Shown: positions 40,608-54,278, numbered from the stretch's first letter. The stretch: 64,000 nt of DNA from Paraphysomonas bandaiensis (GCA_965644295.1 CBFFRP010000144.1:62001-126000), one strand, 5' to 3'. Notes: generated by a model from the letters alone, not told the origin. Numbers and translations: made by a program.

Positions 40608-40667
40608 TGCTGTACTGCTGCACTGTGTACTGCTGCACTGTGTACTGCTGTACTCTGTACTGCTGCA
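40608..40667. repeat. 15-bp minisatellite (tgtactgctgcactg), about 4 imperfect units
   Basis: Direct reading; it lies immediately upstream of the PA-domain gene start. Confidence 0.8.
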
Positions 40668-40984
40668 TAAACTGCCATGTGTACGTATGTATATTCTACC
40701 CATATTCGTAGGAATTCCTACTGCTGTAGGGCTGGTATACCATATACGTATTAGAGTTGTATGGTTCCGTATACATGCAGTGGAAATGGTGAGAGGTGGG
40801 AGTTAGCCAGGAGTATTCTGTGTGTTGGTGGTACTGTATGGCGCTGTATGGTATGACACGGTATGGTAGTATGTGTGGCTCTATACAGAGGGGAGTGTAT
40901 ATGGACGACACACGCATACACAGACATACATACATACATACATGTGCTGGTGATTCGAGCATTTTCATCACAGCAATCGTCACC

Positions 40985-42197
40985 ATGAGCACCTCATTAC
41001 CACGAGTGAATTCGCAATTGGTGAGTCTTCCTTATGAGTGTGGTGGTGTCTAAGCGTGTGTTTGTTAGCAACCCATACTGTTGAAGGGCCATGAGAGGTC
41101 CATCACTCAGGTCAAGTACAATGCCGACGGAGACCTTATCTTCACCTCTGCCAAAGACAATAAGCCCACCGTATGGTACGCTGACACTGGTGAGAGGATC
41201 GGCACGTATGAGGGGCACAAGGGAGCGGTGTGGGACCTGGACCCTAACTGGGACTCACAGTACGTGGTGACTGCATGCGCTGATGGCTCCGCACGACTCT
41301 ACGAAACCACTACCGGTAGATACATTGCTAGAATGCCTCATCGAGGGTAAGTTGGTGTGATGTTTAAGGAGGCTATCTCTGTTAACTCTTGTGTAGTGCC
41401 GTGAGAGCAGTTTCGTGGGGTGAGGGATCACATATCTTTGCCACAGCGTCTGACCCCTTTACCTCGAGAGAGCGTGGATTAATTTCTATATTCGAGTTTC
41501 CAGAAGATGAAGGTAAGCGGACCCCCTCAATTATTTAATATGTCGCATGTAACATCCGTGCTTACTAGGATTGACCCCATCCGGTGATGCGCCCCTCCAT
41601 ACTCCAAAACTAGAAATCGAGGTGGATGACCTCGACAAGGCCACTTGTCTTGCCTGGACTACAGCCAACGAGCATATCATTGCCGGATTTGACTCTGGAA
41701 CTATTGTCAAGTATGACCCCAACACTGGAAAGGAAGTCACCCGTGTTACATTCCATGAGGACCGTGTGAATCGCATAAACTTCAACAAAGACAAAACACT
41801 ATTTGTGACTGCTTCTAAGGACACCACATCCCGCCTGGTAGATCCTGTTGATCTAGAGGTCATCAAATCATTCAGCACGGACCGTCCAGTTAATGGAGCG
41901 GTGATCCACCCGCATAAACCTCATGTGTTGCTTGGAGGAGGACAGGATGCTATGAGTGTTACTGTAACTGCAGCTAATGTCGGTAAATTTGAGACACGTT
42001 TTTTCCACTACATTTACGGGGAGGAGTTTGGAAGAGTGAAGGGTCACTTTGGACCCATCAATGCTATAGCCATTCATCCAGAGGGTAAGTCATACGCAAG
42101 CGGATCAGAAGACGGATTCATTCGCCTACATCACTTCGACTCGGCGTACCTGAACTGTCCGGACCATATCCCTGAGGATCTAAAGGCCAAGGAATAG
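40985..42197 (+). CDS. EIF3I: Translation initiation factor 3 subunit I (WD40)
   Basis: PILLKGHERSITQVKYNADGDLIFT, GERIGTYEGHKGAVW, GGGQDAMSVT and VKGHFGPINAIAIHP across 4 exons. Confidence 0.97.
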
Positions 42198-42485
42198 GTG
42201 ACAGACGGAGAAAATGTAAACATACCGATGAATGTGTGGCGGAGGGTAGATTACATAGCCGCCTTTTAGGCCGTAGGTTAGAGATTCAGTCACCTCTCGC
42301 TATTCTTGAGAGTATGATGATTGTAACCACTTAAGTATTTCTCAGTGATTTCTATTGCCATAACCAAGTGATAACCAGGGATATTTCACAAAGCAGTATG
42401 TTCCATCTTCAGTAGTTGCACCTAGTCACCAATTTTCAGTCCCTTCTTAAATATTCACTACAATTAAAGTATGAGTTCCACTGCA

Positions 42486-43545
42486 CAGGGCTGCGAATCA
42501 ATTAATTGGGACATCAAATCATAATTGCAATTATAATTGACTCCAGATCGCTTCAATTTATTAAAATAAAAGTATCACCTTTCTACACTTAAAAGTTGAT
42601 TTAAAAAAGGCACTTTTTATTGCGAAAATCCAATTTTTACGATAAAAATCGAAGATTGATAAAAGCTATAGTATCAATTATCAATTATCCATAGGATAAT
42701 CTCACATAATAATTAATTTAAATAACTGGCGACATGAGCAATAAACTATAAACTGGTACCATGAGTCACTGCACGAGTGCTCTTTGAGAAAATAAATGAT
42801 AATAGAGAAGAAGTTGCAATATAGAGACTTGGCATGCCGAGTGTGTCCTGCAGGAAAAGGTGTTCTGAAGAGAAAGTAAGGTTATGGGTGAAGCAACCTG
42901 TCACCGCATGCCATCTAACACGACGAATGGAAAGTTAATGTTGTGGCTGCCCAGCAAAGTGGTGGTGCAATGGATACATATATGTCCAGGGCAAAGTATC
43001 ACCTCAAGCGTAGAATGCGAATCACTGGTTGATCTTCCATTTTCTCTTGTGGAAAACCATTGACACGAAAGAACTTTTCTCGTCATTAATGAAGTATATG
43101 GAAGCCTTGGACTTGGAGGTTGAAATCAAGATCAAAGCAATGCTTTCAATGCATTTCGGTTTGATTGTTAATGGGTGGACGTGTAGCAAGGAGCATTAAA
43201 ATAAAAATGTTTTTTCTTGATAAGGATGAAGAAGAGGATGACAGTGGGAGTCTAGTTCAGAATGACGACACAACGCACGTTAGATTGATTGTAGCAGACT
43301 ATAATAGGGTTCAATGTTCCAAGGTTGTTCAGTAGAGCTATGATTGTTACGGCTGATATGCGCAAGAGTATTGCTTCTGGAAAGAAATGACAGTTGAGGT
43401 AGCTATATTGGCAGCTAATGTAGTTAAGTATTAAATAATTGCAATTAGTTGCAATAATTGATATTAACACAGCAAGTAATAATTGCAATTATAATTAACT
43501 GCAATCTACGCCAATTAATTGACAATTAATTTATACGCAGCCCTG
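42486..43545 (+). mobile_element. Internally deleted, decayed hAT-superfamily DNA transposon
   Basis: TIRs are CAGGGCTGCGAATCAATTAATTG and (reverse complement) CAGGGCTGCGTATAAATTAATTG, with flanks CCACTGCA and CCATTGAA (6/8 TSD match). Internal remnants include a BED finger (CRVC...SNLSPH...H), DLPFSLVEN and LMKYMEALDLEVEIKIKAMLSMHFGLIVNGWTCSKEH*. Confidence 0.9.
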
Positions 43546-43927
43546 CCATTGAACATCTGCTTTATTTCATTACTGCCTCTCTTGCATTTATCCGATAATA
43601 TTACAGCGTCAATATGGATGAAATGTAATGCCGCTTCCTACTCATGAGTAACACTTACATACGTACCGCACAATAATTCTAGGTGACTGCACAATACGTA
43701 ATATATCATACTATTATGATCATAGCACAACCCAAAACAGCAGAATTTCGGGATGAATATACCTCTACAGGTGCGATACGCAAAAATTATGTTGTAAATA
43801 ACCTCGGTTATAATTTACGAAAACTTCAACGAATAACATACTGATATAAAGAAAAAATAACACGAGAGCAAGCTATCAACTTACTCACATATGTCTTACA
43901 AATATTACGAACACATTCACACATCTA

Positions 43928-46758
43928 TCACGTTAAGAATGACATACCACTGAAGTCCAGTGCAACGTTTAATCCGTTGTTCATAACGTAACTTTCGATA
44001 TCGTTATACGTACACTGCCACATTTTCAATCCGCGGACAACTATAAGCAAGCGAACTTTTCTGTTCTGTCCAATACTTGACAGTGCTGAATATATTGCGT
44101 TACATACTACCTCAGCATGATTTTCATTACGAATACAATGCGAAAGCTCCAGCCGCTCCAAATTCGTGCAATGCGTCACCAGGTAACAGAGAAGTGGTTT
44201 TAAAGCCGTATTCCCGTTTTCAACAATAGAGGGGCAATATACAATTGAAATTTTCCTCAGGACAGAATTCGGCGGCAACAATACAGGAGGAGGGGTACTT
44301 GTTTCCGAAAAATTACATAATTCTAGCGTAATGCGATAGAACACCAATACCGCTTGTTCGAAAACTTCCCAGTCAAAAACAGCATTCCTGTGGGGAAAAT
44401 ACTGTAAGTTACATAACATGAACAGCTAAGAAAGAACCTTATATGCAGCACCAATCCACTACAATCAGACAGGGCCTCTTTTGTTATACCAAGTAGAGCA
44501 ACAGCATATATTCTTAAAGCCGACATTGGTACACCAGGAAATGGACAGAGTGTCATTGTGGGCTCTACACAGTTTCGCTGCTGTAAGTTACTATTTAAGC
44601 GCTTTTCTTTCTCCACCTGATACAGGAACGACTCCCATTGTGCAAGTAACCCATATGACGGAGCCTTGACACGCGGATCTGACGCTTTGAGATCGAGCTG
44701 TTTATAGAAAAATGTAACAATTCTGTGCTCTTATGACACAAAACAACATACCCAGTGCTGACCAAGTCTCGCAATACAGCCGCATACGACCGGGGATTTA
44801 CAGCAATGCACCTCCACTACAGCGCCTCCCGATAACAATTCATGCAGCTCACAACTATCAGCCGCAGCGTAATTCTGGGATGTGTTATTAGACCGGACCA
44901 CTTGCAGAGATGTGGGGAGGTGCAAAACAGGATTATCGACTCCCCACATTTGCTCGCAGATAGTCCGCAGCAAGAACGACACCGATATACTAACAGGTAA
45001 GCATGACGAAGCCCTAGTTAGTCTGTTCCCATACCGCATCTCGGCCACTTTCGGCTGCCTACATACAACATGCGAGTATCAGGATATAGTATCTACTATC
45101 ATAAAGGCACACCATGTCAGATCTACTTCAAAAGACTTGCGCTCCAAACTTCCATCCGAAGAACCAGAATCCGTCATGCGGGGATACAGCAAAAGTCCGC
45201 GAAGCACATCTGTATGTGTCGGGATGGACGCTAGGTACTTCGCTTCCCTCTCAGCCGTAGTGGTGCGCCAATGCACTGTCTGTTGCTCCACACAAACATC
45301 ACTATCCGGTGTATCGCCTTGAGGGTGAGGTTCAGGCACATTCGACATATTCGTAGGCCTTCTATTTCCGTTAGAAGCGCCATCTTCAAATTTGTTCAAT
45401 ACAACTCCATTGGTTTGGCCTAATCCTTGAACACTGGGGGCAGAAATCGATACTCGAGCGGGGGGATCTTTGACAAGAGCGTGTGCCATGGCAGGATTTG
45501 AAAGTCGGGTCTCAATCTCAAGTGCCTCCCTGTGAGCGTCTAAAGTTCCGGGATCGGCCCCATACATTCGCTTAATGGCGTTTAACGATTCGTCAACAAC
45601 AGGAGTAGGAGTCGGCTTCAATATTACTCTGACTGTCCGACTCCCTTCACACACTCGACTGGCTAACGACGAAACGGTGGATGGAGATGACGAGGTTTCG
45701 GACACCATAATAGTCTTCCGCTTGCGATCTCCTAAAGAACTTCGAAGATCGCTCATGTCAATAGCTGCAACTTCGGGAATGCGAACAGCTTCAAAGAAGA
45801 GGTTCTTATCACCTCGTGTAAGCTTATATCGCAAACTCTCTACGGGGTATACCATGCTGCTGTCAATATCTTTTGCACCTAGTCGCGATAATGCAGTGGT
45901 AACCTCCGACAAACTGTCCTTTAGCTGCTTGTTCCGAGCATTCAGTCCACACACCGCATTGTCAAAACTAGATATCGCGTTCTCCACAGACTGCATAATA
46001 ACCGAGTAGATGGATTAAACAACTTATATCGAGAACGAATATCATCCAGCTTACCTGCTTTCCCAAATCCCGTTGAGACAGTCGTCCCAGTTCACAGTTA
46101 ATCCCATCCACAGAGCATTTGCTCTGCCATTTGCCTTTGTAGGTCCCGGGCGGTTCCTTTCTATCATGCTTGTACTCCCGATGAAGGGCGCGATGTCGTG
46201 CTAATCGCATATCACCCACATATAAGGCTTGATACTCGTCATGAAGAGTCAAAAAACATACAAACCACTCGGACAATAATTGTCGGAGTGTTCGTGTCGA
46301 GAGTGTTGGCTCGGATGCATCCCGCACCCGGCTTGCTGTATACGCAACGTATCGATCCATCAGGCCACCAAACTCATTCAGTCTTTCAATGAATACATCT
46401 ACCACGTGCACAATAGACATTGTGATCAATGTTTAACCTGAAACACAATATTCAACATGACAACAGAAGTATACAGTAATATCAGGGAGAGATCACAGCC
46501 ATTCAGATCTGATGGATTAGTTGCATCCTTATATCTGCCAACTCAGAGTGGGGGACGCACCCTGCACCTCTGCGAGTACAGGCTGATATTAATTCCATCA
46601 AATGGCGAGTGTGCAAATCAGTGCTGCCGACTTGAATTTTTTGTTTTGAGTACAGCGGGAAAAAAAACAAGAAAACAACCCGACTGGTTGCTGAACGCGA
46701 GTTCAAACACCCAAACTATTCGATTAGGGTTAGATGCATCCAGAGAATGCACGCCCAT
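43928..46758 (-). CDS. Uncharacterised multi-exon protein with a C-terminal LRR-like segment
   Basis: Successive minus-strand ORFs are separated by GT-AG intron-sized gaps; one junction was checked in phase (TW|QPKVAEMR). HCTNLERLELSHCI is LRR-like. The start and first exons are uncertain. Confidence 0.55.
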
Positions 46759-46930
46759 GGCGCTCTGTTTGCACACTGACAAGTGACTGAGCGATCATCA
46801 TCATGACTGATACACAACAACAGACACACATACACACACATACTCACTTCTTATCGCATCGCTACTCGAACCAAACTGCAATGGGTGTCACATATTGCTA
46901 TGAAAGGTGCTGACCACTTGCCTGACTGAC

Positions 46931-47257
46931 ACATACATACATACATACATACATACATACATACATACATACATACATACATACATACATACATACATAC
47001 ATACATACATACATACATACATACATACATACATACATACATACATACATACATACATACATACATACATACATACATACATACATACATACATACATAC
47101 ATACATACATACATACATACATACATACATACATACATACATACATACATACATACATACATACATACATACATACATACATACATACATACATACATAC
47201 ATACATACATACATACATACATACATACATACATACATACATACATACATACATACA

Positions 47258-47289
<32 letters not shown>

Positions 47290-47447
47290 CATACATACAT
47301 ACATACATACATACATACATACATACATACATACATACATACATACATACATACATACATACATACATACATACATACATACATACATACATACATACAT
47401 ACATACATACATACATACATACATACATACATACATACATACATACA
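46931..47447. repeat. (TACA)n tetranucleotide microsatellite, about 517 bp
   Basis: Near-perfect array with one 2-bp phase slip (atacatatac) near 47286. Confidence 0.99.
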
Positions 47448-47769
47448 GATGATGCTGGAATACGTTAAAAAAATACGTAAACGAAGCACTTATGTGTGTA
47501 TCCACTCATCAGACCAGCAAAGAAACGTACTTTGCGAACCATTTTTTAATGTGAGTGTATGATTGGCTAGTGGGTGTGTAAGTTGGTGCCATTCATTCAT
47601 TCATTCGTGTACAGAGTACGAGAATGTGTGTAGGGTGGATGTGTCTGTATATGTTGTGTATATGCGGAGGTGTGCTCATGGACGCCATATCATACACAGT
47701 CAGACCATCCAGAGCGCAACAACCACAATTGGACACACCACTGCGTAATAACAGTATCATATCTTGACC

Positions 47770-50700
47770 ATGAGCCGCTCTAAACTAGGCGGTGTTCTGG
47801 ATGCTTTGAGTGAGGTGACTGCACGTATATATACATGATCTAATATGTTTGTATGTATGTACACTGTAATGATGTGTTGATTTTATTCAGGTGATCGTCG
47901 CACAGTGCCGAGACACCGCTCACACTCCCACCGCTACAGAGTATTTTGCTGCGGTGTTCACAACTCTGAAAGCCTCTTCTAAGTTGGATCATTTGAACGA
48001 GTTGCTAGAAGTGCTGTGCGCTGTAACGCCAGAGACTCATCAGTCAGTGGTCGCCGGACAGTTCAGAGGGTGTAGTGAAATCATTGCGCATATACTCAAG
48101 AATGTAGAAGAGCAAAAAACTCAATCTCTGTGCATCAACATTCTCGGATTCATGATGAAAAAGCAGGAAGTGTCAGAAAGCTTGTGGAAGAGTGTCCCTA
48201 TGCTCAAACTGCTTAACTTGTTTTTGAAGCACGTGGATGATTCTCGGAATAAGCTGCGCAAAGATGTTCATCAGCGGCTGGCAGACATCCTTCAGTATCA
48301 CAAAAAAGTTGGGTTGAAGGCATCCCGTGCTTATATATCAGACTTTTGTACTGCTGTATTTCAGAGTTGTAATAGATCCAACTACAAACGGGCTCTGCAC
48401 GTTGTAAGCCTTCTTACAATCACTCTCAGCGCTTTTCAGGAGAACGAGGTGATGTCACTCTGTCGAATGACTCTGCGATTACAAGAGTGTGAGCAGCCTG
48501 TGTTAACTGCTGCGACATATCGGATGTTTGATTCCTTCTTCCAGAGCCCTGACCTGTCTGTTCCACCACGCTCGTTGTTAGAACTTGTTCGTACTCTTGT
48601 GGCGGCCCCCCTTGCCACGCCAGACATGGAAGCCATCTCATTTTACTGTACTGCTCTAGCAAGCGGTTTAACTGCCCTACATCGCACAGATAAAGTTCTG
48701 TTTGCCCAGCACTGCTCTCAGGTCTTACTCCCTGCCACATCTCTTCTTGTGGCCCGGTGTGAGTCGGAATTCTCTGAAATCCACTGCGCGGTCGGTACTG
48801 CTCTTAAGCGTATAATAAGTTCCTTTGTGGAGGAATCTGCTGTGGTAGATGCAGTGCAGATGGCTGATGCTACTTCTTCTGAGTCTGCGTTGTCAGGATC
48901 GGCCCTGGGCCAGTTTGTTAGTATCCTCACTGGCATTCTACACCTTCGTCACCAGCACTCCTGGGTATTTACTCTTGACGCCGTGCGCCTTTTATTTTCG
49001 CGTATTCCTGGACGCAGTGGTGCGGTACTTCTTTCGGGATTTGTTGGAAAACTCGCGGATATATACCATGCCGTCTCCACAGGAGTAATGGAAGTGAGCC
49101 CAGGTGTGGACATGTGCGTCAAAGATACACTAGGTGCCGCGGTACGGTCTTTGGGAGTGCCTCAGTTTCTCGCAATTGTACCGCTGCGTTTGAGTCAGCA
49201 GACCTCATTCGACCCCCTTTCAGATCTTGACACATCACGTGATTGGCTTCTTGCGATATTGCACGCGAACCTCAAACTGATGCCTTGCAGACTCCAGGAC
49301 TTCAACGACATCGTCCTGAACACTGCCAAAATATATAATGCCGCACTGCGTGCATCTGCAAGGTCTCCAGATACTTGCTTTCTTAGCGAACCGCAGGCTA
49401 GCATACTACGCACCCGTGTGATGCAGATGTGGTCTCTTTTCCCGTCGTTTTGTGCTTCTGGCGCTCCGTCGGATGTCGCCGATCGCTTCCCGTCCTTGAT
49501 ATCAGTACTGGACACTGCTATGAAAGATCCTGCCTACCCAGATATCATGCTGCATGTAGTGTCAGGTCTCACCTCAATCGTAAATGGCGTAACGGGTAAA
49601 TATCCTTCGGCTGCACTCAGAACAGAGAGTGAGCACACATCTCTTCCCGCCGATCTTGCCGTTCTCCGCAAGCAGGGTGCTCCTGTGTTCGTACCCTCGC
49701 TGTTGTCGCTGTTGGACTCCATTGACATTTCGGACTCAGTACGCTTTCAGCCTGCAGTTCGCTGTCTGGCAGCTTGGGCCAGTGTAGCCGCTCCAGCTCT
49801 TATTACTAATGTGGCCAAGAAGTTGTTGCAGCTTTTGTTGTCTAGCCAGAGTGAGTCTTCTGCGAGTGCCTCCTGGATGGCTGTAATCTTGGCTCTCATC
49901 CCATATCTTCCCGATCCTATGTTGACTCTACTTTACCGCACCATAAAACCTCTACTTTCTGTTAATGAATCAGTTTCGATGCAGAAAAGAGCATACAAGG
50001 TACTTCACGCACTTCTACTATCTCATTCGGAGTTACTGTTCAAACTGGAGTCCCGCCAGCAGATATTACATGTAATCGCTGACTCGCTGCTCACATGCCA
50101 CGTGAGTGCCCGCCACATTCGCCTGCTTTGTATCGGCAGCCTCATTACTGGTATGGTGGACAGTGGATGTGGGGAGGAGGAATTGAGAGCGGCCTGCGGT
50201 GCCGTCTTGTGCGAAACACTCATATGCCTTAAGGACGCGAATAAGAAGTCCCGTGACGGCGCACTTGATCTGATGAAAGTTATATACGGCGTTTTGCCGG
50301 CTAGGGACGTCCTCCCCCATTTATTTGCGGGAATAGTTGGAGAGACGCCTACGATGCGATCTGCGGCAATCATAGGCCTCTGTGTGCTGGTCCATCAGCA
50401 CCAACAGAGACAGGGGGAGGATGAGCACAACGAGGAGTATATCCAGTTATTGGAGAGTGCTGCCAGCATTACTGGCCCTGTGCTTCTTCTGCTTCAAGAA
50501 GAGAGTGTAGAGCAGACCAGGGCTGTGTTGTCTTTCATCAAAGTATGTGTTGGGGTGCTTCCTGTGTCAGTGCTGAACTCACTGCTACCGGACATCATGG
50601 GTGCAATCCTTGGTGACGGGCTAGGTGGTGCAGACAATAGACTCAAAGGAAAGTTCTCATCAAGAGTGCGGTCTATAATGCGGAAGGTGTCTCAGCGTAT

Positions 50701-51535
50701 TGGTGTCGAGGTCGTGCGCCCACTGGTTCCAGAGAGCGACGTTGCCCTTCTCAACTACATCCAGAAACAGTCCCGGCGCACGCAAACTCGCAAAGACAAG
50801 AAGCTCTACAATGAGCGCCTAGAGCGCATGATGGTTGGCTCTGATAGCGAGGGAGAGAGTTCAGACGAAGAGGAGGAGGGGAAACAGAGAGGGAAAGCAG
50901 CACACGTTAGACCTAAGGCAACTAAAGCAACCGATTTCATCGCTGAAGGCCTTCCAACTAGCCTTGATGACCTTTTGGAGGACCAAACTACTAAGGCAGT
51001 AGTAGGATCTGCAAGAACGAAAGGATCTCGTGAAAAGGAGTCCGCTAATGGAGAGGCTGAAGATGACGGAGAAGGATTTACGGTGAAAGTGACGAAGGAA
51101 GGCCGGGTTGTTGTTGTAGAAAAGGAGGTTCCAAGGCCGTCCAAGTCGAAGGGATCAGAGAGCGAAATGGACGTCCAGGAGGAGAAAGACCTCAGCGTTC
51201 AAGCACTGAAGGAAGCTGCCAGTGGCAAGGGAAGTGGTACGACGAAGAAGCGTGCCCGAGAGCCTGGGGAAGAGTATCGCTCTCAGAAGAGCGGAGGAGA
51301 TGTATGGAAGAAAGGCATGCTGGAACCTCACGCGTTCTTTCCTCTGGATGCAAAACTTCTCACCAAAAAGAATGAAAAGGCAGCCGTTGCACATGTTGGA
51401 ATCGCCGTACAGTCAGCGAATAAAAGGAGACGTATGCATGGTGGTGATAGTGGATTAGCGAGTCGTGGTAAAAAGGTTTCCACTATGGTTGGACGAAAGC
51501 AAAGAATTGCTATGATGAAATCGAAAAACAAATAA
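47770..51535 (+). CDS. RRP12: RRP12-like HEAT-repeat ribosome biogenesis protein
   Basis: LGAAVRSLGVPQFLAIVPL, QMWSLFPSFC, MQKRAYKVL, and C-terminal GEEYRSQKSGGDVWKKGMLEPHAFFPLD. A short exon 1 (MSRSKLGGVLDALSE) splices into the 1214-aa ORF. Confidence 0.9.
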
Positions 51536-52439
51536 GAATAGTGATATTTATAGTCAGAAGTAGAGTTGACGTCAAATGCCATTAATAATTCCAAACATCT
51601 TTAAGCCATTAGAGTTGAATGATGACCAAAGTTTGTACATCTAGCAAAACTCTATTTTTGCTACTTGATGCGAAAGTAATGTTAACTTGATTTCAACAAT
51701 AGTTTTATCTACATGAAACCAGCGTGTTGAGTTCTGCTGTATGATAAATATTTTGCTATCGAAGTGTGTTATAATTGGTGAATATAGTTACAAAGGAATA
51801 AATTCAGTTGCTGATGTACTGATGTAAGCTGATTATGGATATAGAATTGACTAGAAAGCATATCATAGAAGATAGACAGGTGTTACTCAGTGCAGATGTT
51901 TACCAGATGCTATATGATGTATGAATAAGTTGTGAATTGTTAAGATTAATAATTATAATTTTTCTTTGGAAGTACGTTGTGTAGCGTCTAGTGCAAGTTA
52001 ACTTAAGTGTAATTGCCAGTTCTAACACAGCGCACATTGAATGCTTTCGTTGGTTAAAATTAAATAGTGCTGTTCTCAGTGCACGACATGACAATACTCT
52101 TTCAGTGAACATTACATACAGTACTGCACACTAACAACTATTTACTGACTCTCTTACATTATTAGTATACTCGTTATTGATACTTGTGACTTTGCAATAC
52201 CATAATGGTTTGTGATCTGTGTATGGCACAGTTCTAATTATATTTATGGTGAAAGTCATATGCTACTTGTGTACATATCTCAAAGACTGCTTATAGCTTA
52301 TAGCAGTGATACTTATGAAAAGGTGACGAGCCCTATCCATTTCCAATTTCTACTAAAAATATTTTTTTAGTACTATAGTATTCTTACAAATTTATATTCT
52401 ATCTATGTACACTAACTGAAAAGGAATGCGAATCTCAAA

Positions 52440-54018
52440 TCACAGGCGTCGTTGACATTCATGAGTCGAAATGATAGACATGTTGTACTCGGATTCAACA
52501 AATCGTCTGAGCGAGTCAAGCCCTTGCCAGATCCTCCCGAGTAGCTCCAAAGCCGCTTGGGGTGACACCGACGATAATTCCTCAGTCCAGCCACTGGCAG
52601 AAAATGCTATGATACTCTCAGACCACAGCAGCGACAAAGACCGAAGTAAGCTGTATAGGTCACGAAGATCCTCCAAACATTGATCGCATCCTCCAGGCGG
52701 CGGAAGGGCCATCTCATTTACAGACCCCATTACCGAATTTGGTAAGGAGAGGGAAAACACATGCTTAAGCTTGTGGCACCTGTCCTTCGGGAGTGCGACC
52801 TTAACCAGCGCTGCGAACGCCTTCCACCTAGCACAGAGGTTTACAGGGTGCATAGGAGCACCGGACGACGAGTACAGTTCTTTCAGTACAGGGCAACGAG
52901 AAACCAGAGAGTCTAAAGTGTCCCGACATGAATGACGACCAGACAAACGTATCCCCATTGCCCTAGCCCAAAACACTTCACTCAAGGTAACCCGCCCTGC
53001 CATATCAGGTGTACCACTGCGCTGTACACAGACGGCCATATTTCCGATCCCAGATACTTGCATAGGCTCACCTGATCGCATCTCTGCGAGGTCAGCGCCA
53101 TCCACTGTGCGCAGTTGTACATATACGTCCACGCGATCTCCCGACAGAGGGGCAGCGAGCACCTCAGGGGGGTTACGCATTGTAATACCATCTAGAAATT
53201 CCATAATATCTCGTGCGGTCACGTGAGTGGGAAGGGACCGAAAAACTACCCAGCAGTGCGCAGGAGGGGAGACCAGAGGACGCTGAACAGGAATTGGTGC
53301 GGGGGGGGCATCAGGTGCGATCATCCGCTGAGGCTATATGTATACTATATAAATACAGACGACACAGCAAACACGATAGAACTGAATTACCTTCGTAGAC
53401 CTGACGCTCATCGTAGTTCGAGGAGAGCTAGAACGAGGAGGAGGAGGAATAGAGAGAGTGGCTACACGAGACCGTTTAATGGGCACGGAATCTACAGTGA
53501 TCGCTTTGCGTTTGTTCTTCTCAGCACTCGTTGGCTCTGCCTTGTGTATCATAGATACTGCTACTGATTCATTCAAGTCGTGCTGCACAATGAGGCGCCG
53601 CTCAACAAGCCCTTTAAGCACCAGTGTGGATTCATCAGAAAATATCGGACGGTTTACGTCATAGAGCTCCTGTTACAGCACACCGTGAGCGCAGTACAGT
53701 CGTATATATATATATATATGAGTGTATGTATGTGATGGACGGGAGATACCTTCGTGTCTTCCTTCACCAGAGTGAAAGGGACTTCTTTCTCCCCGAAGTG
53801 AAAGCAGCCTGCGTCTATCGGCAGCACATGTGTTACGAGCGGCTCGTTTATATCAAACACATACATACATGCATACACATACCGTATGAGCTGAACTCTA
53901 TAGAGGCGCCCTCTGACCGCAACAGACTCCTCAGAGTCGGGTTCAGCTTGAGGGAGAAGCCAGCACCGAGCCCTACTTGACTACGGTCCAAGGTGAACCG
54001 GTTATCATTGGCGGTCAT
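52440..54018 (-). CDS. Protein with an ELL N-terminal-like domain and a quasi-RRM (4 exons)
   Basis: Spliced N-terminus FSLKLNPTL...IEF...FHFGEKEVPFTLVKEDTKELYDV...LVLKGLVERRLIVQHDLNES. The last exon carries VVFRSLPTHVTARDIMEFLDG...VYVQL (hnRNP F/H/ESRP-type qRRM-like). Junctions are in phase. Confidence 0.6.
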
Positions 54019-54278
54019 AGTGGAGACCCATGCAGAGACCGTGATATGAACCATGCGGCATGTCATGCGCTGTGTGTGTCTCTGTATACTGCTACTGCTG
54101 TATGCACATGCATGCCCTACATGTATACCATGGTATACGGCTGGTGTCCATATGAACTGTATACGCACTGTATACTCTGTAGTCGTAGTGTGTCGAGATG
54201 ATCACACTCTCAGACGATGAGCGCTCCGCTCTGCTCTGCTCACACCTCCTGCAGCATACATATATAGCATACCCTGTG

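Noticed and set aside
40608-40667. Short tandem repeats as a possible CRISPR-like array
   Set aside because: Contiguous units without unique spacers, in a eukaryotic context with no cas genes.
46851-47505. Long ORFs encoding (MYVC)n and (HTYI)n
   Set aside because: Artefacts of the stop-free (TACA)n microsatellite.
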